DNA of 64,000 nt from contig OX597822.1 of the NCBI GenBank assembly GCA_951406725.2, positions 69,936,001 to 70,000,000 of the forward strand. Direction: 5' to 3'. Positions 39,847 to 53,362 of this stretch are shown piece by piece. This DNA comes from Octopus vulgaris. Taxonomy: Eukaryota. The notes under the pieces were generated by a model. The model did not search any database and had not been told where the DNA came from. It saw nothing but the letters and a program-made list of their open reading frames with translations. The first letter of the stretch is position 1. Every line of letters starts with the position of its first letter. The position numbers and the translations under genes are program-made.

Positions 39847-41169
39847 CTGGGAAACTACTTGAAAGCTAGTCTTTTTGTTTTGTTTTGTTGATGAGCTGGT
39901 AATGTGTGACTGGATTGTTTAACAATCTGTGTTGTCAGCATGGAAGCTGATGGATATTGGACATTTAAATGTAGCTGTATACCAATCAGTGTTAGCTTTG
40001 TGTCAGTTGGCAATGTGAGTTATTAAATTGTTAATAGTAGTATTTTGAAGGTATTAATAAATATAAACTGCTTGCAAGGACACAACAATTTCTTTTACAG
40101 CCACTACTTTTTTAATCGCATTTCTTTTTAGAGATGTATTTGTATGCGAAACATAACTTTTAGTGTAGGCTCGGAACTAAAGAAGGTCTGTACAGATAAC
40201 ATTGCAATGTTAACATATAAGTGGGGCACAATATTGTTGTAAACCCTTCATATATTTGGTAGTACATCATGCTTGCAAAGCAAAATGCTGTGTCTTTCAT
40301 CATCATCATCATCATTTAGCGTCCGTTTTCCATGCTAGCATGAGTTGGACGGTTCAACTGGGGTCTGTGAAGCTGGAAGGCTTCATCAGGCCCAGTCAGA
40401 TCTGGCAGTGTTTCTACGGCTGGATGCCCTTCCTAACGCCAACCACTCCGTGAGTGTAGTGGGTGCTTTTTACGTGCCACCAACACGGGGGCCAGACAGC
40501 GCTGGCAAACGGCCACGAAACGGATGGTGCTTTTACGTGCCACCGAGCCGGGGCGGCGCCGGCAACAACCACGATCGGATGGTTTGCTTAACCACAGCTG
40601 CAATTCCCACTGATGTTGATCGACCTCAATTTGGTTCTGCTTTCTGATATATGAATTGATTTATTTTGATTATGACTGTTCTCACTGGTCTTGCCGGGTT
40701 TTCTCACGCACAGCATACTTTGATTAACAATATTTACATACCAGTTGGCGGAGAATGTGTTTAATATGTAAATTGGTCTATCCAATACTGTTACACCTCT
40801 AAACTTGGTGTGTATTTAAGCAATTCATTCATGGATAGTTATCTCATTGTTGCTTAACATCCCTCTTCCATGCATGCATGGGCAGGATAATTGACAGGAG
40901 TCGGCCAGGTAGAAAAATTACCCTAGGCTACTGTCTTTATGGCTGGATGCCCTTCATAACACCAACCACTCTGCTTTTTGTGTGGTGCTAGCACAGGTGA
41001 GATTAGTTTTGGTATGATGTTTACAGCTGGATACCTTTCCAAATTCCAACCACTTTGTAGTGTGGACTGAATGCTTTTTAATAGACATGGTGTGGTGAAT
41101 AAACTTTCTAAATTAAGCAAAAATGAAAATAACCCTAATATCTCATTTAACATATCTTCAAATACTATT

Positions 41170-41835
41170 GAGTAAATTTATTCAATAAAATAGCCATGCC
41201 CTCCAGACGACTTTGGAATCTCCTGCAACTCTTCTGGATAGTCTCCTTGTTTAAATTGGTGAATGCTGCCATAATCTTTGCCTTCAATTCATCTTTGGTG
41301 TTTTGATGGTCTCTCATTCAACTGCGCCCCCCCCACACAATCAAGTGGGGCGCAGTCTGGAGAGTTAAGGATAATGTCGCAGAAATTATGACTCGGTTCT
41401 GTTTGGGTTGCATGGTGCAGAGTTCTGTTGCCAGACAGGGTCTTCCAGCAGCCATCCTCTTGATCAAGGACAACACTACCTCCTCTAGGCACTTGATGTA
41501 GACCTCCATGTTGAGTCTGAGGCTGTGTGGGAAGATGAATGGAAATATTACATTGCCATTACTCCAAACACCAGGATGTTTGATTTTTATTACTCCGTAC
41601 GTCCTCAAATTGACATTCAAACAGTCAGAAATATTTGTAATTGGAGCTTCTGGTGTGAATGCCAAGAAGTACAGCATGTCATTTCCAAATTTCTGGCAGT
41701 GAATTATGTCGTGCTGCTGTTTTTCTTACAAACGGTGCTCAACTGACCCTACTATACTGTATAGTTGGCAAAATCAAAAGCAATGTGCATGCATGAAAAA
41801 ACATAAAATGGTGACAATTTACCCATTGCACCCTG
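41170..41835 (-). mobile_element. degenerate Tc1/mariner-type element
   Basis: Terminal TA|CAGGGTGCAATGGGTAAATTGTCAC on the minus strand; remnant NSPDCAPLD motif. Confidence 0.6.
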
Positions 41836-41877
<42 letters not shown>

Positions 41878-41939
41878 GAATGAACTTCTTTCACTTACCA
41901 TTTATTAAGTCTACTTGCCAGGTTTTGGTTCGGCTGGAG

Positions 41940-42193
41940 CATAGGTTCTCAAACTGAGATTTGAGATGGTCCAAGTGGGCACTGGGGACAGTAGAGAAAA
42001 AGGAGGCCTTGAGAGGAAGGCAGTAGATTAGGGGACGCTATGATATTGTATACAAATTATATATTAAATATCAAAAGATGCATAGTATGTATAAATTAGT
42101 AAAATATAGAATATTTATTTATACATAAAAGTAGGGGCTGAGGGTATTATGTGGTTATGAGGGGGACAGTGGCCCCAAAAGTTAGAACCTCTG
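41940..42193. mobile_element. hAT-type MITE
   Basis: CATAGGTTCTCAAACT...AGTTAGAACCTCTG ends; imperfect 8-bp TSD ggctggag/gtctagag. Confidence 0.55.
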
Positions 42194-42625
42194 GTCTAGA
42201 GTTATTGTAAAAGATACCAAGCTATGACTGCTCCTCTAGATGCATCTGTCATTGTAGAAATGTCTTGGTTGATGCTACATTGTTGAGCTAATCAGAGATC
42301 CAGAAGTAGCCTAATTGTCATGACTGCTGGAGATAAGTAACACAGACAAAGTTGTTGATTCCTGACAAGTTGCATATGTGGCATGGTTTAATTTCTTTGT
42401 TGAAATTTAGGCTCCTTTGGCACACCTGATTGAAAAAGTACAATTTTCTGATGACAGAAAAAGAGCAGCTCTAGATTAAAATCCCTTATTCTGTTTAATT
42501 CATTCCTGTATTCACACTTCCCTGAGCTCAACTTTAATTTGTTACAGTGGTAATGAAATATTTTACTGGTTTGATTCATTTCACCTACAAATCTAGCAAA
42601 CTTGAATCCATGTATATTTTGTTTA

Positions 42626-42824
42626 GGTACTATTTTAGAATGGTGGTCCCAGTGCGCATACTTGTGCATAATAAGTAAATAAAACACAAAAACATAGTAA
42701 ACAATTTTTAAAAAATAAAGTAAATAAATTTGTTATAGGCTAGGTAGTCGTAGGATCAACTAGCTAGCACAGATACGTGAGTACACAAGTGTGTGCACCG
42801 GGAACACTCTTCTTAAATAGTACC
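42626..42824. mobile_element. second copy of the MULE-like MITE
   Basis: GGTACTATTTTAGA...TCTTAAATAGTACC; TSD ttttgttta on both sides. Confidence 0.85.
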
Positions 42825-42858
42825 TTTTGTTTAGCCCTTTTCGCCACTAAGGCCTTAA

Positions 42859-43078
42859 CCCTTTCATTACTGTATTTATTTTGAGATGTTCAGGGTTTCT
42901 TTCAATTACTTTCAATATAACAAAGAATTTAGTAAAATAACTTAGTTATCATTAAGCTAGTGTTAGGAACATAAATTGTGACTTAGGTTTGGTGGAAGAT
43001 TTTAATTCAAAACTTATGAAAACTAGACATTTGTACTCAGAGCCAGAGCCGGTTTCAGCCGGGTTAGTAATGAAGAGG
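42859..43078. mobile_element. piggyBac-type MITE (TTAA TSD)
   Basis: TTAA|CCCTTTCATTAC...GTAATGAAGAGG|TTAA; a reverse-oriented copy lies at 61473-61693. Confidence 0.75.
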
Positions 43079-46000
43079 TTAAGCAGCTTCTAATAACCAT
43101 TATATTTAGTTCTGATAGAGAAGACAAAAAAATATTTTACACTTGATGCTTATAGTGAATGATCATCATTCACCCTCATTTAATGTCCTTTTCTCACTGC
43201 CATGGCTTGGATGGTTCGACAAAACCTGCAAGCTGAGGGTTTTATCTAGCTTTTTGGCATGGTTTCTGACTTGATGTAGTTCCTAACAGCAACCACTTTA
43301 CATTGACTTCTGGTGCTTTTCCAGGCACTGGCACTTTTGAAGGGAATTGCATTAATTGCTTTTTTTTTTTTTTCTAAGGACAACTTACCTCTTGTAACAT
43401 CAACAATTTTTATGTACAGTGAACTTCCACTAAATGGTTGTGCTTTCATTATGATGGAGTTACAGCTTCATCTTAAGCCATCGATTGCTTTGGGTATACA
43501 TGTATGACCCTTGGGTTACTCACATGGGATTGTTTATATTTATTACCAGCATATAATTTCGATTCCTGACTGACATTGTCCAGTCATCTATGATGGCAGT
43601 TTTCATTTATTCCACAAATTCCTCTATTTATCATTGGGTACATGATGGTTTTTTTAGGAGTCAATATTTTGTATAAAACCACAGTCTGACGTGATGACAG
43701 TTTAACGTCGAAGATATTCTTTAGTTTTCTCATCTGGTGAATAAATCATATTGATGAAAAGGAAGTGTACAATAACAATTGCAGCAGGGGAGGTGCTTAT
43801 AAGCCATTTAAGAAACACACTCGCTATACAAGTACATCTCCGTAAAGTGTACAATAATTTGAGAGAATAAGGAAATCTATATCCAGGGTCTGTTAGCTGT
43901 CAATGGTCTTATGGCAAATACATTAACAAAGTGCTTTGTTAGCATGCATTATTGAATTCATTCCCCATAGTCATTATAGCGTTAGATATGCACTAATTGT
44001 AAATGGTGGTGTCCCTTTGAATCAGTAAGACTAAATTACAACTGAAACGTGGCCAGCTAAATCAAGGGACATAACTTATGTAATAAAGACGTGGAAGAGT
44101 TGTGTTTCTTGTCTAGGCTATACGTTGCTTCTAGGTAGGGTGCGAGTCTTTCCATGACAATTTTTGGGCAGGTTATATTTCGAAATCATAATTTTGTCAT
44201 TTACTTAAAAACACAACCCAAGCAACTAACAGCTTACTGGACTCATCTAATCTACTGAGTAATTATTGCCAAATACGGCTCATGTCCAGTTTACTTTGAT
44301 TAAATTTGCTGTTAAATTACTCTATATAATCATTTTGAATCCTTGTAAACAAGAGAAAATAAGGCATCTTTTTGGCAAATTAAAAAAAAAACTTTATCAA
44401 ACCAAGTCTTTGCTGTCTTTCGTCATTGATTTACACTAAAACATACTTGGTTATGTTTTCCCAACCACGTGGTTCCGGGTTCAGTCCCACTGCGTGTCAT
44501 CTTGGCCAAGTGTCTACTTCTATAGCCTTGGGCTGACCAAAGCCATGTGAGTGGATTTGGTAGACGGAAACTGAAAGAAGCACGTCGTATATATATATAT
44601 ATATATATATATACTACTCACACACACATATACATATGTATATATATGTGTGTGTGTGTGCATATATTTGTTTGTTTGTGCTCCCTGCCATCGCTTGACA
44701 ACCGATGCTGGTGTGTCCCTGTAACTTAGTTCAACAAAAGGGACTAACAGAATAAGTACCAGGCTTATAAAAAATAAGTCTTGGAGTCGATTTCTTCAAC
44801 TAATGCCCTTTAAGGCGATGCTCCAGCATGGCTGCAGTCAAATGTCTGAAACAAGTAAAAGATTACGTATGGTACCATCAATCTATTTGCTTAATATAAA
44901 AAATAGTCTAACTATGGTATACAGTATTGAATGGTAGATTGCAGAATTGGTGGAGCACTGGACAAAAAATACCTTCTGTTATTGTTAGTTCCTGGACTTC
45001 GACTTTCCAGTCGAAAGATCTTTTCTGTTTGGTTGCCACTTTTCACTTTCTTTAATTCAAATACTGTAAATCCTCGAGTATAATCCACATTTTTTTCCCC
45101 AAATTTAAAAGTCAAAATCACTAGTGCATACTCTATACGAGGTTAAAAATGAAAATTATTTTCTAAGCAATGTCTGAGTCTCTATTTGCTGTCCAGCAAT
45201 GTTTATTCAGACGCATTTTGTGATGTCGGGCACGAAAATACCTTATGCTAAGCCTGAAAGCAACGAAGTCATAAGAGAATCATCCATAACTTGCAGTAAG
45301 CAACATTTATTAAAATAAAAGTATTCAGAACACAGAATATCATGTAACAAAAACAATTTGCAAGCATATTTCCATTTCCATGTAACAGTTAGATTAATAT
45401 CTAATCTGTTTTAAGAATCCTATTAGTAATTTCTAACCTACAATATTTGACACAATAACTAACATTGAATTTCACCAATTACTGAGCATTAAAAGTGTTT
45501 TAGTATGTTGCTTAATGATTGTGGAAGCTCCAGCATGGCCACAGTCACTGGACTGAAACATATAAAAGAATAAAACGATTTACACTTTTGGTTTTGCTGG
45601 TGTCATTTGTGATAGGTTTACAACCACTGAAGATCTCAGAAGAAAGCAAATATTGGTTTCAGATTTTGGCACAAGGCCAGCAATTTCAGTTTAGGGGTCA
45701 AGTTGATTATATTGATCCCATTTGTGTGTGAGTTCAAATCCCATTGAAGTCGATAAAATAAGTATCAGTTGAACACTGGGGTCGATGTAACTCCCCCAAA
45801 CTTATTAGCCTTGTGCCAAAATTTGAAACCAATATTGGCCAACTAGTTCTTTGTTGAAGAACTAAAATGGGGTTGTGGATTCAGTTGACCCAAAATATGC
45901 CCATACTGTATGGTTGTCAGCATGATATTTCATTCTTTTAAGATTAAGTTCATTTTGTAAACAATGGGAGAACGTCGTGTAATACACACATACACACGAG

Positions 46001-46545
46001 GGAAACATTTTATGGAATTGATTTGCTTCTGGTTGACCTGAATATGGTAAATGAAAAAACAGCTGGAACAATTTGCGATGCATAGATCTGTACATGTAGT
46101 TTGTAAAATGTGATTCTTGGAGTAATTGGCAGAATGAAATGCCACCTTTTCATTCTGCCAAGTAAGTGAGTTAATATCTCAGTGCTGCAGCATGTATTGT
46201 GCAGTTACTCTCTTCCATACATTTGACATAGTCCATTCATCATCATCATCATCATCATCATTTAGCGTCCGCTTTCCATGCTAGCATGGGTTGGACGGGT
46301 CAACTGGGGTCCGTGAAGCTGGAAGGCTTCGTCAGGCCCAGTCAGATCTGGCAGTGTTTCTACGGCTGGATGCCCTTCCTAACGCCAACCACTCCGCGAG
46401 TGTAGTGGGTGTTTTTTACGTGCCACCTGCACAGCGTGTCACCTGCATTGTATAGAAATAAATAGATAGTGAATAAATACCATATGATGGATGATGTAAT
46501 GAAAGTAATGTAATCCATAACAAACAATAAAAGAAATAATGCATA

Positions 46546-46929
46546 GGAGTGGCTGTGTGGTAAGTAGCTTGCTTACCAACCACACGGTTCCAGGTTCAGT
46601 TCCACTTCGTGGCACCTTGGGCAAGTGTCTTCTACTGTAGCCTTGGGCTAACCAAAGCCTTGTGAGTGGATTTGGTAGACGGAAACTGAAAGAAGCCCGT
46701 TGTATATATGTATATATACATATGGATGTGTATCTGTGTTTATCCCCCCAACATCACTTAACAACCGATGCTGACATGTTTACATCCCTGTAACTTAGTG
46801 GTTCAGCAAAAGAGACCGATAGAATACGTACTAGGCTTACAAAGAATGAGTCCTGGGGTCGATTTGCTCGACTAAAGGCTATGCTCCAGCATGGCCACAG
46901 TCACATGACTGAAACAAGTAAAAGAGTAA
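46546..46929 (+). mobile_element. tRNA-derived SINE, full-length representative (other copies ~9660-10020, 11886-12280, 44455-44862 on +; 31880-32184, 34490-34820, 13833-13972, 59258-59420 on -)
   Basis: A box TGGCTGTGTGG, B box GGTTCAGTTCC, shared body and gaaacaagtaaaagag tail, repeated throughout the window. Confidence 0.88.
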
Positions 46930-48091
46930 GGTCTTCATTGAGAAGAGTGGTGTAGTGGAAATTTACCGTGTCCACAACCCAGAGGTCTGTTGATTGAAAC
47001 TTAGACTCTGTGAATAAATGGAGACTATTATACTTCAAAGCAGTGGTCCAGCATGGCTGCAGTCCAATGACTGAAACAAGTAAAGGACAAAAGATAATAG
47101 TAATAGTAGAATGGGAAAATGTGCTGTGATAACATGTCACTGCATCTGCAATTTGTTGGTGGTTTCCTACTTCAGGTAGATGACACATCTGTGCCTCTCA
47201 GAGTTTGGGTAGTTGCTGCTGGTTAGGGTTTTATGAGGTCAGAGTACAAATCCTACCTTGACCTCTTTTAGTTGCCTTTTACAATACACAGAGGAAATAG
47301 GTCTATTCTTTGGCATGCCGGTCCTCACACTAGAGCAATATGAAATGAAGCGCTTTGCTCAAGAAAACATGTTGCCTTGTTCGGGAATTGAACCCATGAT
47401 ATGGCGATCATGAATGCGACACTCTAACCACTTGGCCATGCATCTTCACATAACTCAAAAGATAGAAAATAAGATTTTAGTTAGAACAAGGCTAAATATT
47501 GTACAGTTGGGAGTATATGGCATTGTCTCAACCCCAAAATAATATAAAAACCCATTTTATAATACCGTCCACTTTCAAAGATGAAGGACAGAATTGATTT
47601 TAATGAGAATTGATCCTACGACAAATTGAGACAAAGCTAAAAACTATTTGGCATTTAACCCTTTAGCATTCACATAACTCTATCAACTGTAAATAAAAGG
47701 GTAAAGACCCCCTTTGGTCATGAATGACGGGATTGCACTTAGAAAGTTACCCTCTGAGGCACAAGTCCAGGCAAGGTTGTTTATGGAAGACCAGCAGTCA
47801 CTCATGAATACCAGCCTCCTCTCTCCATGCCTCTGATGTTATCCAAGAGAAAGGCAAAGGCTGATACAGCTTGGCAACAGAGATGCTGCAACTCATTTCT
47901 ACAGCTGAGTGAATTGGAGCAACGCGAAATAAAGTGTCTTGCTCAAGAATACCACACACAACCCAGCCCAGGAATTGAACTCACTACCTCATGATTGTAA
48001 GCCTGACACTCTAACCACTGAGCCATGCACCTTCTCTCTATCAAATGTAATGCTTATTCATTCACATTGTTTTGAATTAATCATGTATTAT

Positions 48092-48618
48092 AGTAGGAAC
48101 AAACGAACTATCCTCGTTGTCGTCATTTGTACTATCCTCTTCTATGGTTGTCAATCAGCGAAGGCTGGAGGTGTTTGACAATGACTGTCTCCGCCGCATT
48201 CTTCGCTGCTGACACATTGATTGGGTTCCTACAGCCAGTCTTTGTCATCACCTGAATCTTTGGCCCTTCCCTTCGATGCTTCTATACCGGCGCTTAAGGT
48301 GGTTTGGTCATGCGGCCTGGCGTCTAGAGGGTGAGCTGATTCACGATGTCCTCCTTCCACTTCCATTTCCCAACTAGTGCAAACGCACAGGTGGGCAGCT
48401 GAAAACCTGGGCAACAACAATAAAGGAGGACCTCTCCAAACTCTCAAGTCCACAGGTGGTCAGTCTGCGCAGATGGAACCGCGAATGGCTCGCTATCTCC
48501 AGTGACCTTGCACAGGACCGTTGAGCATGGGCAGCCATGGGTCGGGATGTCATCAGGACCAGAGGAGAAGCCAGCTCAACCCACCCTGGGTGAACGCTGT
48601 CATAAGTACAAGTAAGTA
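48092..48618 (+). mobile_element. RTE-like LINE 3' fragment
   Basis: RLEVFDNDCLRRIL and LRWFGHA remnants, caagta/agta tail, TSD aatcatg.attat at 48079 and 48619. Confidence 0.75.
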
Positions 48619-49138
48619 AATCATGCATTATCTTGCAGCTTCAAGATTTGATTGGTGTGTTTGTATATTTTTAGAATGACATTGTAGGGTAGGTGTGAGA
48701 AGTTGGATCTGGTTTTAACGTAAACCAGGTAGAATATTTGGGCCAGATATAACCGGATTAAGTGTTAAAGGTTTAGTTCCATAATTATAATACTACTTCT
48801 CTTACCCACTTTCCTTGAATATGAAGATGATATAAATGAATGAGAGAGAGCTATCGGCTGTTTCGCCCAGTGTAGCAGAAGTGTAAACAATATACGCTAG
48901 GATAAATAGTGTCTGATAACTTCTAAGGTAGGCATGAGTCAATGTTTAGGACCTTCCTGAAATTTAAGGAGTGGTGGGCATTCTCTCTCTCTCTCTCTTT
49001 GTCCATTACCAGCTTTTTTCCTTCTCTTTCATAGGTGTGCGTGTGGGTGTCCATGTCCCCCTCTCACTATTACTCCCCCACCCACTAGCTTGCTTATCTA
49101 CTTGACTAGTAAACAATCTGCTTCACAAATAGATGTTC

Positions 49139-49249
<111 letters not shown>

Positions 49250-50159
49250 ATGTATGTGTACACATACACATATATGTATATTGTCGTACTTTTGGATGGT
49301 CATTTTATTTATTATCTATTTTTTTGTACCAAATAAACACACACACTATATATATATTTTTTCTTCACTCGTTTATTAGTTATTTTATTATTTTTATTAT
49401 TTTGACACCTGTCCATTGTCAGGAAATCTTTCGTCACACATCTGTGACCTCTTCAGTGACACTTTTCATTTCCTTGTGTGTTCTTGCTCTGCTCATTCCA
49501 TTCTGCTCTTCTAAGATGTGTATCTTTATGTGCACATGTGTTTGTGTCCTTATTTGTGTGTGTGTGTGTGTGGGGGGGCATATGCTTGTGTGTGTGTGTG
49601 GGGGGGGGGGGCATATGCTTGTGTGTGTGTGTGTGTGGGCATATGCTTGTGTGTGTGTCATAGTTTTTAGCAGCAATGTGGCCTTCACCTCAGTCTCAAC
49701 CTCTCACCCCATTGTGCTGCTCCTGTCCTAAGACTTGAGGAAAAAAAAAAAAGGAAGGTACAGTTCCTGCATTCCTCTTGACAGCATATGGCTGTTCGTG
49801 AGGTTTCATGTGTGTGTGTTTGTGTGTATGGGTTCGTTTCATATGTGTCCATGCTCTTTATATAGTTTTATTTATTTATTTTATCTATCTCTGTCTTACA
49901 TTTATCACAAATGTGTGGCAGATATATTTATATATCCGTTTATTTATCTATTTATATATTTATTTACTTATTTATTTATTTATCTATATGTATCACAGGT
50001 AAGTGCATATATATCTATTGTGTGTGTATTACTCTGTATGTATCTGTGTATTATTTACGGGTTTTGTTTTTTTCTTCCTTCTTTCCTCTCTCTTCACATC
50101 CCTACTGTCTTTAGTTATGTGGTATGGTGTGGTGGTGGGTGTTACTGTTCCATTCATGC

Positions 50160-51100
50160 TTTCTATTGAGGCTTGGTCTGTCTACTGTTATGAGTATAGC
50201 TTCTGTAATCTGTCTAAGTGTTGTGTCAATTCTAAGTGTTGATAGTACTCTAACCTCTATGTTATTAATTGAGCCTCCATGTTCTGCCTGAGCATCTTGG
50301 TAGAGCACTGATGAGCTTTTCACTTCTTTGGGCTCTCACCAATGTTCACCTATACACTCTCCTCTGCTGTGTGCAGTCTCTCCTATGTAGGTATTTGTCA
50401 TCTTTCTGCACCGTCCCACAGTACATCATAAGCTATACACTACATTCCTAACTTTATATTCAGCCTGTGGGTTCATCCTACATATAACACAATTGTACTC
50501 TGTACAGGTGGACTTATCAATGAGATAGGTATTGCAGATCAGGGATTTTAAAGGGGCACCAGGCCTCTCCACTACTTTAATTCATAGATTTGCCTTACTT
50601 AATGTTTTTCTAAAAAGGTGTGCTAGATTGCTGTCAGGGGTAACATCAACGAACATGACACTCTGGTAATTTTTGTTGTCATACCAAGTGTTGGCCTTAT
50701 CTATCTTATTACTGGTCCTTTCCATGCTATTCCAGGATTTACTCTGTGGATCCCCTTAGCATCACTCTCTATGATGGCTTTGTACTTAGTCCTGGCTCCT
50801 TTGTACACTCTAATCTTGTCCCTTTGGTTGCAACCAGAGAACTACATGCAGTGAATGAAGTGTTGTATATGTCTTTCCAATTCCATAGGGTCGCACATGC
50901 AAGACACATTCCTCACTACTGTCACCAAGTCAGCTATCAGAATGTTGAACTTGGCATTGTGTGCAATTGATGTGTTCTTGTGGACAAGGTACTTAGAGGC
51001 CATGGGTTTGGCATAATGAGAGCAAAGGATCTGGACCTTACTGTTCTTCATTTCTAGCCAGAATTTAGAATCTAACTTTGAATTGGTTCCACCAATGCTT
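50160..51100 (-). mobile_element. second, older Penelope-like element fragment (RT thumb + GIY-YIG)
   Basis: The minus strand gives HYAKPMASKYLVH...ILIADL...RNVS and NVVYSL.C...TNTYIGETAHSRGECIGEH. Confidence 0.7.
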
Positions 51101-51483
51101 CATCCTTCAAGCTAACGAATACCTCTAAAATATATGCATGGAATTCAAGCTGTTGCTTGTTATGGATAATGCTGGTGGTCATCTTTGGATTTGAATCACA
51201 AGGGAGTCCAAGCCGAGTTCCTCCCTTCCAACACCACTTCCCTCAACCAGCCTATGGATCAAGGCGTGATCTGTGCCTTCAAAGCACCTCACACCCAGAA
51301 CTTCTCCAGCACCTTGTGGACACAATAAACACCTTGTTGTCAAGCAGTGGTGATGGACAAACACTTACACACACACACAAGGTCTTAGGCCAACAGGTTT
51401 TGGGGTCTGATGATATGCCATAAAAGTAACCCCTTTATGGACAGGAAACACAGGGTAATCCCATAAACCGGCCTTCCCCAGTA

Positions 51484-51533
<50 letters not shown>

Positions 51534-52452
51534 CTACTATAAGGATAACATTTTTCAAAAAAAATTTTATCATTGGCCAGCATATTAAAATACCTTTTAA
51601 GGTGAAAATTATAAACAATTAATATATATGTGATGAGCTTCTTTCAGTTTCAGTCTAGCAAATCTACTTGCAAGGTTTGGTCAGCCCAAGGCTATAGTAG
51701 AAGACACTTGCCCAAGGTGCCATGCAGAGGGACTGAATCTGGAGCCATGTGGTTTGGAACCACACAACCACATAACCTTTCATCAAACTGGGGCTGCAGT
51801 CGATGACACTTGCCCAAGGTGCCACACAGTGGGACTGAATCTGGAAACATGTGGTTTGGAAGCAAGCATCTTACCACACAGCCATTCATCAAACTGGGGC
51901 TGCAGTAAAAGACATTTACCCAAGGTGCCAGGCAGTGAGACTGAACCTGGAGGTTGAATCTGTAATTATGTAGCTGGGAAACAAGCTACTTAACCACACA
52001 GCCATTAGTATATTTTAAAACTAATTGTCAATATAGAAGACATGCATAACGGAAGATTGAATGTGAATAACCAGTGGGAAATGGATACTTAGGCTTACAA
52101 GGAATGTCCAGGAATTTGCCACTTAACAAATCACATTAGTCTCTCTATATTCTCGCATCATCATCGTTGTCACTCTCCTCCTCTTCATCATCTCTCTCTG
52201 CCTTTTCCTGCTCCTTTTGTGTAAATATTTTGTTAATTATAGGTTTGCATTGAGTACTTTTATCTTTATTTAGAAGGAAGAGTGACCATAAAACTTCACT
52301 GGCCCTTCCAAATGCAAAGCCCTTTTCAGTGCTGATTTCATATATTAACATATACATACATACATGCATACATACATACATATACATACATATATATACA
52401 ACCTATGCTAGCATAGAAAGTGGATGTTAAACGACGACGATGATGATGATGA

Positions 52453-52496
<44 letters not shown>

Positions 52497-52504
<8 letters not shown>

Positions 52505-53054
52505 AACTATTAGCCAAATATGTATAATATCGGTACTTATTAATATTAATATATACACTGTTATATATTTTGTTTTATTTTGTTCTGTTTACCTTCCTTT
52601 TTGTACAAATGTGTATTATATTATATAAGTGTAGCATTATGATGTATAAGTTTTTATATTTTACATTTTTATATTTTTATATTTATATGTATATGATTAT
52701 ATAATATTTTTCACTATTATAACAAATTTAATTTAATTCTCTGAAGAGGCCGTGGGGCATCCTTGTTAATGCCTCATTTATACCTGCCTTTATGGCTTAT
52801 AGGTTAAATGAGGTATGACTGTCCTCACTGCCGAAACAGCTGTCAGTTTTGATTTATTTGCATATTATATTTGAAATTTTTTACTTATATCTCTTTATCT
52901 TTTTACTTTTACTATTACTGTATATCTCATTTCATTTTATATATTGCCTTTACTCATATGTAATGGTGTATTAAAGTATGGATTGAGTATCATCGGATAG
53001 TTGATGTTTTACTGATTTAAGTATGTTTCTCCATTCTCTAATTTTGTAGTATTA
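52497..53054 (+). repeat. 5' pseudo-LTR of the PLE
   Basis: Matches 58111-58667 except for a small difference near its start. Confidence 0.93.
52730..52855 (+). ncRNA. type I hammerhead ribozyme with extended stem II (5' pLTR)
   Basis: CTGAAGA at 52741, stem II closed by GGC/GCC, GAAA at 52833, palindromic stem III ACAGCTGT, GTC cleavage triplet (cut after 52844). Confidence 0.85.
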
Positions 53055-53362
53055 ATTTACGGTAATATTATTACCTTTACCCATTTAATACAATAGATGA
53101 ACTGATTGCTTGACAATTTTTAACATCTATGTATTAATTTTGTTGGGTACCTATCTAGCAGTATATTGGATATATATTATCCCATGGTGGGTGTAATTTT
53201 CAACCCCTATCTCATTTTATAACCTAAATTTATCTTTTGAGGAACCTGAATTGCTCATACTGGTGTAATATAAGCATCCATTTATTGATTTAAATATTAA
53301 TAGTGCATGTGAATACACCCTAGTGTAGTATATTTGTTCCTTTGATCATTACTGCTAGAAGA

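Noticed and set aside
43246-43449. Minus-strand exon candidate ending GAG|gtaagt at ~43390
   Set aside because: No recognisable protein and no partner exons found.
48845-48965. Minus-strand hammerhead remnant (GAAACAGCCGATA) downstream of the older PLE fragment
   Set aside because: No CUGANGA core or stem I could be assigned.
52748-52832. SECIS element / selenoprotein coding in the Naiad-type PLE
   Set aside because: Some Naiads are reported to encode selenocysteine, but the long stem II lacks a clear AUGA/GA quartet with apical AA, and the reconstructed ORF has no in-frame TGA (the internal stop is TAG). SECISearch would settle it.
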